DNA from: a virus
Taxonomy: Duplodnaviria; Caudoviricetes
Reading direction: 5' to 3' (one strand)
Length of the DNA: 64,000 nucleotides
IMG/VR virus record: IMGVR_UViG_3300017914_000750
Location: 29,737 to 93,736 of that record
Every line of letters starts with the position of its first letter. Position 1 is the first letter of the stretch. Position numbers and translations under genes: made by a program. Positions 18,197-28,334 of the stretch are shown here, piece after piece. The notes beneath the pieces were generated by a model. It had not been told where the DNA came from, did no database searches, and saw only the letters and a list, made by a program, of their open reading frames with translations.

Positions 18197-19729
18197 TTAA
18201 AATCCTCCAAAGTCGTCATCGTCTCCACCTTCCTCATCACCACCTTCGTCTTGTATCTGTTGGTCAATGAGTTTGATGTCCTCTTCTGATTGTCTTAGAA
18301 CATACTTTCTAACATATTCGTTTGAATAGTATTTTCCAACATAATCAGATATTGTTCCAAGAGTATCTAATCTTTCTCTTAGAACCTCTGCATCTTTCAA
18401 CTCTGTAAAGTGGTTGTCCGTTGCAAAGTCATACTGGATAAAGTCTTTCATTTTGTCAAACTCTTCACCAGTTACGATTTCCTTAAGAACTAATTGTGTC
18501 TTAAGAATATCTGTAAAACTTCTTGCAAATTTATTTTGCAATCTATTAGTGAACTTATTAAATTTAAGTTCGTCTCTAGATATCTCTGAAGCACGACCCA
18601 TGTTAAATCCATTGTCTGCTTCTAATCTAGTTGCAGGCACATTTAGTGACTGATATAACTTCTTCTTGAAGTATTCTATATCGTCAATGTCTGCAAGGTT
18701 TTGACCGCCTGGGAGTGTGGTAATCTCTGTTCCTCTACCACCCTCTCTTCTAGGTAACCAAAAGTCCTCAAGCATAGACATGTGTTTTCTATCATCTTTG
18801 ATTTCACCTGTCTGTGCGTTATAAACAAGTTTATTTCTATACTTGTTCATTACATCTGCAAGATATTGTTCTGCTTTTGCTTTTGGCAAGTTACCAACAT
18901 CAATATAGAAGATTCTTCTTTCAGGAGCTCTTGAAATCCTATAGATTACAAGTGCATCTTCCATCATTGATAACTGGTTTGCAGTCTTCAATGCCTTGTG
19001 CAGATATCCGATAACTACATTCTTACTGTAGTCGAGAAGGCCACTAGTAGTGTATGAGACGGCCTCAGGTGCAATTCTTACGACATTCCCGTCTGTTGCA
19101 CTAGATTTATCAAATCCTTTGTCATTAAAGACATAGAACTCTTCAATCTTCTCTACTCGTTCTATCTTTGTCTTAGGGTCTTTACCCTTTTCGACATTCC
19201 TGACCTTCTTAATTTTAAGTGGGTCAATGTTTCTTAGGTCTACTATACCTAACTTTGGTCGTTTGCTATCAACGACCTTATGGAAGTAAATCCTTCCGTC
19301 AACATACCACTTTCTGAAAATTTCATGAGAGTTCTGATTGAACTTCATTATGGATAAGATGTGATTGAACTCGTCATGTATCTTATTTTTGATACTATCA
19401 GAGAGTTTCACATCTCTGAGGTCGAGTGTCACTATCTTATCTGAAGTATCAGAAGTGATACACTCATTAACAATATCTTCTATTGCTGAGTCACATTCGG
19501 GAACTAATGACACTTCACGGTATCTACGAATGAGTTCTGCCTCATTCTTGATACCACCTTCCATATCAACATAGGCACCGTAAGCACCTCCTGATATGTA
19601 ACCCGCCTGTTGTTGTATAACGGGTGTGCCATCATCGTCAACAGGAGGCACGAATGACTTAGCATTCGGTGTCTCCTTGACTCTCAACTCGTCTTTCTTA
19701 CGAGTTATTTCAAACCCAAATAGTTCCAT
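18197..19729 (-). CDS. gp20: portal protein
   Basis: WYVDGR, RAPERRIFYIDVGNLPK, EDFWLPRREGGRGTEI. Confidence 0.97.
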   Translation of the reverse strand: MELFGFEITRKKDELRVKETPNAKSFVPPVDDDGTPVIQQQAGYISGGAYGAYVDMEGGIKNEAELIRRYREVSLVPECDSAIEDIVNECITSDTSDKIVTLDLRDVKLSDSIKNKIHDEFNHILSIMKFNQNSHEIFRKWYVDGRIYFHKVVDSKRPKLGIVDLRNIDPLKIKKVRNVEKGKDPKTKIERVEKIEEFYVFNDKGFDKSSATDGNVVRIAPEAVSYTTSGLLDYSKNVVIGYLHKALKTANQLSMMEDALVIYRISRAPERRIFYIDVGNLPKAKAEQYLADVMNKYRNKLVYNAQTGEIKDDRKHMSMLEDFWLPRREGGRGTEITTLPGGQNLADIDDIEYFKKKLYQSLNVPATRLEADNGFNMGRASEISRDELKFNKFTNRLQNKFARSFTDILKTQLVLKEIVTGEEFDKMKDFIQYDFATDNHFTELKDAEVLRERLDTLGTISDYVGKYYSNEYVRKYVLRQSEEDIKLIDQQIQDEGGDEEGGDDDDFGGF

Positions 19730-19773
19730 AATATTATTTAGTCTCCCCTAAAGGAGTCATTTTTATTAGGTTA

Positions 19774-20271
19774 TTATACGACTCTTTCCCAGTGCGAATA
19801 TGTGAAATCAACTGTGAACTCCTCTAATGCATCTACTGTTTCGTAATTTAAGTCGATAGCAGCGATATTCTTAGGGAATATGTTGAAGAACTCATATTTA
19901 GCAAGGACTGAGTCGTCTTTTCCTAATTGTTCAACACTTGCTCTTGCAAGTAAGTAGTCGTTTGACGCCATACCTACACCTGAGTCAAGTTCTTGAATGT
20001 CTTGTTGCCAAGCTTCTAGTGCTGACCTAGCAGAAAATTCAGAATCATTAATGATAGTCACTGACCAATCTTCGAATGTTCTGTCTCCCGCCAATTTAAG
20101 ATTGTGTCCTCTAAAAGGAACCAAAATCTCACCTAGGGTAGCAGCTGGAATTTGTGCAGCCTTACATAGGAACTCAATCCTATTACCGCTTCTTGGAATG
20201 AAGACTCTGAATCGGTTTGGTCTTGGGCCACCACCAATCAGTTGTGCTTTAAATTCATCTATTGTTGCCAT
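19774..20271 (-). CDS. gp19: tail tube protein
   Basis: GGPRPNRF, LAGDRTFEDW; follows the sheath gene. Confidence 0.93.
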   Translation of the reverse strand: MATIDEFKAQLIGGGPRPNRFRVFIPRSGNRIEFLCKAAQIPAATLGEILVPFRGHNLKLAGDRTFEDWSVTIINDSEFSARSALEAWQQDIQELDSGVGMASNDYLLARASVEQLGKDDSVLAKYEFFNIFPKNIAAIDLNYETVDALEEFTVDFTYSHWERVV

Positions 20272-20281
20272 TCTTTACTCC

Positions 20282-22252
20282 TTAAACTGCTCCGTAGATT
20301 TCTTCAAACTCAACTCCTGACCTTGCAGCCACGAAGTTAAGAGTGATAAAGTTAATACTTCTAGCAGGTTTCACAAAGATAGAACATACAAATTCATTTC
20401 TATCTATAACAGTATCAGTGTTGTTTGTTTCATCACATAATACTGAGAAGTCTACTAGACCCCTTCTGTTTTTAACATCTCTTAAGAAAGGTTCTACCGC
20501 TGCTCTAAATTGTGCTCTAGTGAATGCATCGTTAAATTCAAAGAGTTGTGATTTAGCTGCAGTTGCAATTGCTTTCTCTAAGACAATGAATAACCTTCTG
20601 ACATTGATTCTATCGAATGCTGAAGGTGATGTTAGTGCAGTTTTGTCTCCGAAAAGAACTGTTCCTTGGCCTGGGAATGTTACTATTGGATTGATTCTTG
20701 CACTGTATAAATCATCTCTAGATGATTGCGATGGGTTAAATGCAAGTTTTGTAATCCCTAAGTATTGACCTCTTGAGAATCCTGCTGGTGAGAACCATGG
20801 GTCTCTCAATAAATCTGACCTTGCCATAAGTCCTGCTGTATGTCCGTTGCCTGGCACCCAACAATATCTGTCGTTATATCTGTCATATTGATATACCCAA
20901 CCTGAATCTAAGACTGCATATGAACTTGAAGTTACATTTGCAAAGTCTTGAATTACTTGACTTGATTGAGTAGATTCTGAAGATACATTTACTACTGATA
21001 CTTTCTTAGGTGAAGCAATAACCATACAATCTTTTCGACTTTCTGCTACTTGGATAATTTGGTTAACTATAGTGTTGTGGTCTGCCTCGTTTGCATTGTC
21101 TGTTCTAGTAGAACCTACAATCAAGAATGAAACATCAACTGTTTCTGCGTCTCCGAATAAGTCCACATATGCACCATACTTCTGACCTGCTGTATGTTGA
21201 GCTCCATCGGAACCGTTTGCAAGTGAAGAGTTAATTGGTGCAGAAGGTCTTGAGAACGCAGTTGAAGCTGAATCTAAGTGTGTTGTTACTGAGTTTGCAG
21301 CTGCGTGAGTTGAGGTTGAGTGACCTGTCCACCATACCCATTTTGATTGATTATTAATTACTTCTTTGTAGTAATTAGACCCACCTTGTGAATCTTTTGC
21401 GTCTGAAGCACATGAAACAAACCCGTAAGTTTCTAGAACTTCGTGTTGTTTACCTGTAATACTTCCGTCTTCGTCTACGACTACTACATGAATTTCGTCT
21501 GCACTACCTGATACTGCACTCGCAGATACAGATGTGCCTGGAGCTTTATCAAATAGATTATAAAACTCCCAATACCTATGAACATTAGCTCCTGAAGATA
21601 ATGCTTCAACGAGACCTGTTCCTGCTGGTTGGTTTAGTGCTTCGATGGTTATAGTTCCTGTTGCAGTAGCAGTTACCCTATATTCTTGAGGGTTAGTAGC
21701 AAATCTTACGATATCTCTAACTTGGAATCCCGCTTCGGAAGTGACTGATATTACAGTCTGACCGACAGCTTCGTTTTCGTCTAAGGTAGTTACAATGTCG
21801 TTGAAGTATGCATCTGAACTTGCACATACTGAAACTTTCAATGAATTACCTAGTGCGCCTGGGTATTTTGCTGTCCAACTACCTACAGTGCCTGCAGCTC
21901 CACCATTTTCAAATCCTGATTGGTAAGCATCTAGGTTTTTGATACTTGCATCAGTATCTCCACCTGAGTTAGCATTGTATGTTGTTGCACTTGCAACACG
22001 AACAACTCTTAGTGATGAACCATATCTAAGAAAAGACTCTGCTGTATAGAAGTCTTCTGCACTAGCGTTTGTGTTTGCTGGTGACATGAAGTTGTCAACT
22101 AAACCTGTTGCGTCTGAAACTGATACTACTTCATCAACAGGGCCCCATCGAAATGAACCTGCGAATCCACCAGTTGTGGACGATACTGCAGGCACAACAT
22201 TTGTCAAGTCTACTTCTTTGACCTGAACGCCTGGTGATACTTGAAATGCCAT
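20282..22252 (-). CDS. gp18: tail sheath protein
   Basis: SPGVQVKEVDLT, PWFSPAG, FDRINVRRLF. Confidence 0.97.
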   Translation of the reverse strand: MAFQVSPGVQVKEVDLTNVVPAVSSTTGGFAGSFRWGPVDEVVSVSDATGLVDNFMSPANTNASAEDFYTAESFLRYGSSLRVVRVASATTYNANSGGDTDASIKNLDAYQSGFENGGAAGTVGSWTAKYPGALGNSLKVSVCASSDAYFNDIVTTLDENEAVGQTVISVTSEAGFQVRDIVRFATNPQEYRVTATATGTITIEALNQPAGTGLVEALSSGANVHRYWEFYNLFDKAPGTSVSASAVSGSADEIHVVVVDEDGSITGKQHEVLETYGFVSCASDAKDSQGGSNYYKEVINNQSKWVWWTGHSTSTHAAANSVTTHLDSASTAFSRPSAPINSSLANGSDGAQHTAGQKYGAYVDLFGDAETVDVSFLIVGSTRTDNANEADHNTIVNQIIQVAESRKDCMVIASPKKVSVVNVSSESTQSSQVIQDFANVTSSSYAVLDSGWVYQYDRYNDRYCWVPGNGHTAGLMARSDLLRDPWFSPAGFSRGQYLGITKLAFNPSQSSRDDLYSARINPIVTFPGQGTVLFGDKTALTSPSAFDRINVRRLFIVLEKAIATAAKSQLFEFNDAFTRAQFRAAVEPFLRDVKNRRGLVDFSVLCDETNNTDTVIDRNEFVCSIFVKPARSINFITLNFVAARSGVEFEEIYGAV

Positions 22253-22290
22253 ACTTTTCTCCTGTTAATGTAAAAAGTTGTTTACTGTTT

Positions 22291-22298
22291 TATTTATA
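22291..22298 (-). promoter_or_regulatory. late promoter TATAAATA (gp18)
   Basis: Exact consensus. Confidence 0.8.
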
Positions 22299-22317
22299 AC
22301 CAAACTAATTCTAACGA

Positions 22318-23922
22318 CTACCATTTTATCTCTACATCATTCTCTTTTGTATACCAACGGTCTCCATTATCGTCTACAAAGGTTACATCTTCGGGTTTTT
22401 CCCCTCCAAACACCCCTGCTGGTAATAAATCCTCTTCTATCATCTTCTGTTGTTCTGCATACAATAAGTCTTTGACCTGAGTATCCGTTAAATGGTAGAA
22501 GTAATCAGTGGTTATAAACCACGAAAATAATACTAAATTCATGACCATATCGTCATGATATCCCTTGTCTGCTTCAAAGGAATTACCCTTATTGACAAAG
22601 GTCATAAGCTCTGTTATAGTAGGTCTATCAACTACTGATAATCGATTTTCCTCTAATAGTTCTTTAAGAGTAGAACAACCGATTCTCTTAATCTTACGAT
22701 TTACAGATATTCCAATATCCTCAGCCTTTAACTGTCCTTGAGTAAACACATTTGGATATTCAATATCATAATGTAATTGAGTTGCAACTATACCACCTTC
22801 TGCATTATTTTCAATGATAACTAATGCCTCATTATAAGGTCTTACATATTTATTTATAATATCGGGAAACAGCATGGGACTTACCATGTCGTCTCGATAG
22901 GTTGCAACTTGTTTAAAAGGTTTACTTGTTACATCAAATATAGAGAATGTGGAAAAGTCCATACCTCTACCTTTTGCAACATCAACCGTGCAAACATAAT
23001 TATGTCCTTCAATCGGCTTCTGATATATACTCACACCGTCGCGATTCCACTCGGGGTCTTCGGACATCATACCTAACAAGGTATTAGAGTTAATTAGAGT
23101 ATTACCAGTTCCTAAGAATGAGTTACCATACTCTTGTTCAAACTGTGCTTCTGAGGTGTTTGCAATAGTTTGTTCTTTCCATTCCTCGTCTCTGCCTGGC
23201 ACATCATACCAATTGATTATGAAGTGTTTATATTCTGACTGTTCGTGAACTGCAGATTCGTATATCTTATGGAACATATTACCTACACCGTTTGCAGTTG
23301 AGGTAATGATAACCTTTGAATCTTTACCCGAGGTAATTACGGGATATGTTGCAGTATAGAATGTCTCTGCATCGTCTACAAAAGCAAACTCGTCCAAGTA
23401 TAGTAGATTGATAGACATACCACGAATCGAACTTGAACTTGTTGCAGCTGCAACTACTTTTGAGTCATTTGCAAACTCAATTGACCCTTTGTTTAAAATC
23501 TTTACGCCTGGTTGTAAAAAGAATGGAACAGACTCTAACATGGTTACGACCCTTGCAATCATTTCTCTTGCAATTGCACCTTTGTTAGCAAGAACTGCAA
23601 CGGTAACTTCGGGGTGAAATAATAGATACCATAATAAGTATGCACACGAAGTGATTGATTTACCACTCTGTCTACTTGCAAGAACTACATTAAATCTATT
23701 TGAATTATAGTGTTCTATGAGTTTATCTTGATATCCACGAAGTTTAAATGGAACCATACCTTCGTCAAGAGATATAATCTGAGTATAAGATTCAATAAAA
23801 TGCACGGGGTCTTGAGAACACTTCATGTATTCTTTCAATTCCTCTTCAGTATATTGAGTCTCAATACCAGCTCTCTTAATAAGAGTGTTACCGAGATATC
23901 CTTCGTTTGTTGGTTTAACCAT
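22318..23922 (-). CDS. gp17: terminase large subunit
   Basis: SRQSGKS, LYLDEFAF, STANG, HDDMVM. Confidence 0.97.
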   Translation of the reverse strand: MVKPTNEGYLGNTLIKRAGIETQYTEEELKEYMKCSQDPVHFIESYTQIISLDEGMVPFKLRGYQDKLIEHYNSNRFNVVLASRQSGKSITSCAYLLWYLLFHPEVTVAVLANKGAIAREMIARVVTMLESVPFFLQPGVKILNKGSIEFANDSKVVAAATSSSSIRGMSINLLYLDEFAFVDDAETFYTATYPVITSGKDSKVIITSTANGVGNMFHKIYESAVHEQSEYKHFIINWYDVPGRDEEWKEQTIANTSEAQFEQEYGNSFLGTGNTLINSNTLLGMMSEDPEWNRDGVSIYQKPIEGHNYVCTVDVAKGRGMDFSTFSIFDVTSKPFKQVATYRDDMVSPMLFPDIINKYVRPYNEALVIIENNAEGGIVATQLHYDIEYPNVFTQGQLKAEDIGISVNRKIKRIGCSTLKELLEENRLSVVDRPTITELMTFVNKGNSFEADKGYHDDMVMNLVLFSWFITTDYFYHLTDTQVKDLLYAEQQKMIEEDLLPAGVFGGEKPEDVTFVDDNGDRWYTKENDVEIKW

Positions 23923-24883
23923 ACATTCTCGTTGTAAAATCCCAATCGTAAGTCATTCTCCAATGAGTAAGACCCATATTGGTAAAATTAAATTTACCGT
24001 CAAATCCACATTCCCAACCTAACATTACTTTCTTGTCGGGGTCATGAAATTTTTCTCCACCTAATATATCACCTTCATATACTTGTTTCGTTATTTTAAA
24101 AGTATCTGTATAATCACACCATAGATTTTGGTTCCTAAAACCAGCTTGTTCCCATGCATGTTGTAAATCTGAAATCATATCTAGGTATGTGAGACCAGCT
24201 TTATCTAAATCACCACCATAATCTACTTTTGTATCTTCACCATACATTTTAGTTTGTTCTAGTTCGTATAGGTTTACAGTATTAGGATATAGTTTATCCA
24301 TTACTCCTCTTTCTTTTGCACTTTCAAATAAAGGAACTATACCCTCTCCATAAAAGTTATATGCAACCATTTCATGAATATAGATATCTGCTTCAGGCCA
24401 TTCTGCTCTATTGAAACAATCATGAATTATATTCCAATTAGGAAAACGACCTTTTAGATATACATTACTCCAAAAGTTTTTATCTATACCTATACATTTT
24501 TTTGCACCATGAAAGTCTGCAAGTGCTAAGAGACAACCAGTTCCTACTCCTAAATCACAAACAGTTTTACCCCTTGCATGTTCTTTAAAGAATTTTGAGT
24601 ATGCATTATTTCTATCTGCATCTCTTATCATTGCAGTATATCCTGTTCCTCGTTTAGTTAGATTACTGACTGCTTCATACCATAGTGGGTGTCCCATATC
24701 TATATGAGGAGGCATTTTTATTTCACTATCACTTTGAAACTGTTGTTTGAGTCTGAGAACTTTTAAATATTTATCCTCACCCATTTCAGTAAAATCAGGC
24801 TCAACATATGATATCGAACCCTGTTTCATGTCATGAATTACATATGGTTCGTCATTGTTGTTTTCTTTAGTCTGTTCCGTCAT
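23915..24883 (-). CDS. SAM-dependent methyltransferase, PRMT-like
   Basis: MIRDADRNNAY helix, VCDLGVGTG motif I, IHEMVAYNFYGEG double-E-like loop, C-terminal THW. Confidence 0.75.
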   Translation of the reverse strand: MTEQTKENNNDEPYVIHDMKQGSISYVEPDFTEMGEDKYLKVLRLKQQFQSDSEIKMPPHIDMGHPLWYEAVSNLTKRGTGYTAMIRDADRNNAYSKFFKEHARGKTVCDLGVGTGCLLALADFHGAKKCIGIDKNFWSNVYLKGRFPNWNIIHDCFNRAEWPEADIYIHEMVAYNFYGEGIVPLFESAKERGVMDKLYPNTVNLYELEQTKMYGEDTKVDYGGDLDKAGLTYLDMISDLQHAWEQAGFRNQNLWCDYTDTFKITKQVYEGDILGGEKFHDPDKKVMLGWECGFDGKFNFTNMGLTHWRMTYDWDFTTRMYG

Positions 24884-25277
24884 TTCCCTTTGATTTCTTC
24901 AAGAACTTTTGCAACTCACTTGTCGAACCGACATATAAATGGTTGTGTTGTGTCTTGATAGAACTATCCTCCTTTTCTAAATCCTTTAATTTTTTCTGTA
25001 TATCAATAAGCTTTTCTGCAGTATCAGATACAGTCTTAATTAACTGTCCAGCAACCTCGTATGCACGGGGGTGTTCTGTTTCTTTGGATAGTTCTAATAT
25101 ACCGTCTATTGCATCTTGTCCTCGTTCTACGAGGTTATAGAGGTTCTCACGGGCATATTTGTAATCGGTCTCAATGTTCTCTGACCTTTTAGGGACTTTG
25201 ACAATCTGAGTTTCTTTTTTAATATCAGAATTGATATCAAGAAGATTATCTAATTTTTCGTCTATTTCTTTTGTCAT
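24867..25277 (-). CDS. gp16: terminase small subunit
   Basis: DYKYARENL, HPRAYEVAGQLIK, VGSTSELQKFL. Confidence 0.93.
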   Translation of the reverse strand: MTKEIDEKLDNLLDINSDIKKETQIVKVPKRSENIETDYKYARENLYNLVERGQDAIDGILELSKETEHPRAYEVAGQLIKTVSDTAEKLIDIQKKLKDLEKEDSSIKTQHNHLYVGSTSELQKFLKKSKGNDGTD

Positions 25278-25279
25278 AA

Positions 25280-26332
25280 TTAACCGTCACTGGCTCTATC
25301 CTCAGAATATGTTGAGGTTACACCGTCATCATAAAAACTCACTGTTTCTGCAACTACGAAAGTATCGTTAGGTTGAACTGAACCAACATACTTCAACTGC
25401 GTGTTTGCAGATATTGTTACAGCACTACTTAATGTAATTCCAAGTTTATCACTTGTAATTGCTGTAATTGTAGGATTCGTTGTTAAGTTAGTTCCAAAAA
25501 CCTCGTCTCCTACACTTATCTTACTATTTATTGCTGTGGGGAATGTTACTGTTGCACTACCACTTACTGCATTATTGTTGTCTGTTGCAAACGCAGGTTC
25601 ATAGTGTTTAACTTCTTTGACCAATCCTGAATTATTAATCTGAGTTGAAGTAAATCCAGGCTGGATATCTGTATTAATGTAATCTCTTTCGATAACATTT
25701 TTGATAACCTCTCCAGTATAAACTGGGCCGAAGAAGTATATCTTCATAGTAAATTCTAATGTGTATTCTATAACTCTTCTTTCTACAAACTCACCTTCAT
25801 ATTGGTCGTCCATTGTAACTGAGTTCAATATGACTGGGACATCTCTTACTTCATTCATACTATCAACCATTTTCATTGATACTGTATATTCGGGTTGGAA
25901 GTAAGGAAGTATTTGTTCTACAATTTGAATTGCGTCAATAGCATTCTTTGACATAATTGATAATGTAAAACTTAAATTGTATGGTGCTGGTTGATACTGG
26001 AAACCTCTCTTCCCTGTATCTGAAGTTTCTAATTGTGATTTTTGTGTTCTGAGTAATTTATTTTGTTGTCTTGCTGGGTCATACTCTAGACCTGTAAGTT
26101 CGAATGCCATACGAGGTAAAGATATAGAAGTAACATTACCGTCTTTTGCTTTTACATCGTCTTTTAATCTTAAGAGGAATTTTTGTTTTGGGCCATATGA
26201 TATAGGAACTAAATTTTTTGCCAATACAGTTCCGTCTGCTTTTATTTTACTTGTATAGATATTATTAAATAAGGTTCCAAATACAGAAATTGACCTTTTA
26301 ATAGTTTCATTGTAAAAGAATGTTCCAAACAT
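25280..26332 (-). CDS. gp15: tail sheath stabiliser / completion protein
   Basis: VPISYGPKQKF, LPRMAFE, QIVEQILPYFQP. Confidence 0.92.
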   Translation of the reverse strand: MFGTFFYNETIKRSISVFGTLFNNIYTSKIKADGTVLAKNLVPISYGPKQKFLLRLKDDVKAKDGNVTSISLPRMAFELTGLEYDPARQQNKLLRTQKSQLETSDTGKRGFQYQPAPYNLSFTLSIMSKNAIDAIQIVEQILPYFQPEYTVSMKMVDSMNEVRDVPVILNSVTMDDQYEGEFVERRVIEYTLEFTMKIYFFGPVYTGEVIKNVIERDYINTDIQPGFTSTQINNSGLVKEVKHYEPAFATDNNNAVSGSATVTFPTAINSKISVGDEVFGTNLTTNPTITAITSDKLGITLSSAVTISANTQLKYVGSVQPNDTFVVAETVSFYDDGVTSTYSEDRASDG

Positions 26333-27189
26333 TATGGTTCACCAAACGGGTTAGTTTCACTAAAGTCTAAGTAGTTATTATCATTATCTTCAAACTCTTT
26401 GTTCTGAGCAGAAGATAGACTTTCGAAAGTCATTACATCAACAATACTATTGATAGGTCTTGCTGTATTTGATACAGTTCCCGTCAATACATCATTAACA
26501 GATAAAGTCTGAGTATTGTTTTTGATTGTAAGTTTATTAGTTGAAGCTTGCCATGTTATTACTTCACCTACAGTATATTCAGTTCCAGCAATTGTTGCTC
26601 TCAAGTCTTCACCAACTGTATAATCACCTGAACCACCCATAGTCATTTCGATTGAGTAACCTTGGTCTGCTTCTACTAGGTCTGCAGCTGAACCAGTATC
26701 GAAATCCTCTCCACTGTATTCGAACAATGATACTCTCATCTTGAATACAAATATTTTTCCTAACTGATAGAATGGGTCGGGGTCTGTTACAAATCTAATT
26801 TCAAATAAATGACCTGTCATAGGGAAGTAAATTAAATCACCTTCATTAGGTCTGTTTGAAACTACGAGATTAGAATCAAGAGAAATAAATCTTTCCCAAG
26901 TTCTTAAACTCATTATAAAGGTAGCATCGTCATTGATATCAACACCGAACTTAGTAACTAAATCGTCCTGACCGTCATATCCTTCTGTATTCTCTAGATA
27001 CATTTCAACCGAATAGGCGTCACCAAATCTAGCTTGGATATCTTCTCCAAGAATAGTCTCCTCTTCTACTATTTGTCTAGGTAGATATAAGACATCATGA
27101 CCATACATTCTAAGTGCTTCAACAACTAAATCCTCGTAGAGGTGTTGTTCAGTCGCTACTGCATGGTTAAAGAATACATTTGTTGGCAT
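26332..27189 (-). CDS. gp14: neck protein
   Basis: RPNEGDLIYFP, PFYQLGK, DFSETNPFG. Confidence 0.92.
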   Translation of the reverse strand: MPTNVFFNHAVATEQHLYEDLVVEALRMYGHDVLYLPRQIVEEETILGEDIQARFGDAYSVEMYLENTEGYDGQDDLVTKFGVDINDDATFIMSLRTWERFISLDSNLVVSNRPNEGDLIYFPMTGHLFEIRFVTDPDPFYQLGKIFVFKMRVSLFEYSGEDFDTGSAADLVEADQGYSIEMTMGGSGDYTVGEDLRATIAGTEYTVGEVITWQASTNKLTIKNNTQTLSVNDVLTGTVSNTARPINSIVDVMTFESLSSAQNKEFEDNDNNYLDFSETNPFGEP

Positions 27190-27193
27190 TCAA

Positions 27194-28009
27194 TTACCCC
27201 ATTAAGTCCATGACTGGTAATTCATAATTCAGTCTTGACTCTTCTTCTAATTTTGTTATTTCCTCTTGTGCTTGTGCTTTCATTTCAGAAGCGTCTAGTT
27301 GCACTCCGCCTGGCAACTGGAATCCTGAAAACTTAGATAAATTTTCACCCCACTGATATTTCACTAGTGCAGTTGCATATCTTTTTAACCACATATCATT
27401 ATAGATATCTGTAAAATCGTTTGGGTCAATCTTTCTATGACATTCTATAAGTAAGTGTTCTGTATCTTGAAAATCTTCTATAGATGCATCGATATACAAT
27501 CTATTCATATGTTGTTTATATCTGATAGGTGTTTGTCCTACTAATACTTGGTCTAACATACTGATATGTTGTTGAACCATTTCATAGTATAAAATGTTTG
27601 TAGAAGTTAAATCATACAAATCATTTAATCTTAATTGATATCTTAAATCAAACATATTAAGATTATGTCTATCATTGAAAGGGAAGATTTTATTTACTGC
27701 AAGAACAAACTCAGGCAGAACTATATAATTCTTCTGTTGTTTGACTTGCATGTCAGCATAATCATGAGTTCCAGCCGAAGTTTCCGTGAAGGTTTCGTCT
27801 GTTCTCATTGCGTCTATTTGAGTTTGAGTTAACTGGTGCTTCAAATAACAACGAATAGACCCGTCATAATGGTATTCTTGAAAGTATTGGACTGCCTCGT
27901 CTATTCTATCATCAAACTGGTCATCGTCCACATTAATTTCTAGAACTGGAGCTCCAAGTTTTCTCTTTATGTATTCTTTAAATGTTGCTTTTGAATTTGG
28001 TGTTGCCAT
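27194..28009 (-). CDS. gp13: neck protein
   Basis: LGAPVLEINV, WLKRYATAL, QLPGGV. Confidence 0.92.
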   Translation of the reverse strand: MATPNSKATFKEYIKRKLGAPVLEINVDDDQFDDRIDEAVQYFQEYHYDGSIRCYLKHQLTQTQIDAMRTDETFTETSAGTHDYADMQVKQQKNYIVLPEFVLAVNKIFPFNDRHNLNMFDLRYQLRLNDLYDLTSTNILYYEMVQQHISMLDQVLVGQTPIRYKQHMNRLYIDASIEDFQDTEHLLIECHRKIDPNDFTDIYNDMWLKRYATALVKYQWGENLSKFSGFQLPGGVQLDASEMKAQAQEEITKLEEESRLNYELPVMDLMG

Positions 28010-28056
28010 AATAGTATAATCCAGTTATTTCCTGCTTTATACTATTTATAACGATT

Positions 28057-28317
28057 CTATTCTTGGAAATAAGTTTTAGATTGGATTCGGTCTAACTTCT
28101 CGTCAATCCTTTGAATAGACCTCATTATTTTGTCGAAATCTGCTTCAATTTGGTCTCTTGTAACATAATCTTTTGCGATTTCTTCTCTTGTTTTATTGAC
28201 TAAGATATCTAATCTTTTTTGTTCGTTTAATACATTTCTAATTAGAAATCCTAACGGGGCTACGATTACCGTGATGATAATGTTCCATAAGATATAAGGT
28301 GATACAGTAATTTCCAT
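28057..28317 (-). CDS. small late protein with N-terminal TM helix and coiled coil
   Basis: Hydrophobic N-terminus; TATAAATA 5 nt upstream. Confidence 0.6.
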   Translation of the reverse strand: MEITVSPYILWNIIITVIVAPLGFLIRNVLNEQKRLDILVNKTREEIAKDYVTRDQIEADFDKIMRSIQRIDEKLDRIQSKTYFQE

Positions 28318-28334
28318 ACTGTTATTTATAAAAA

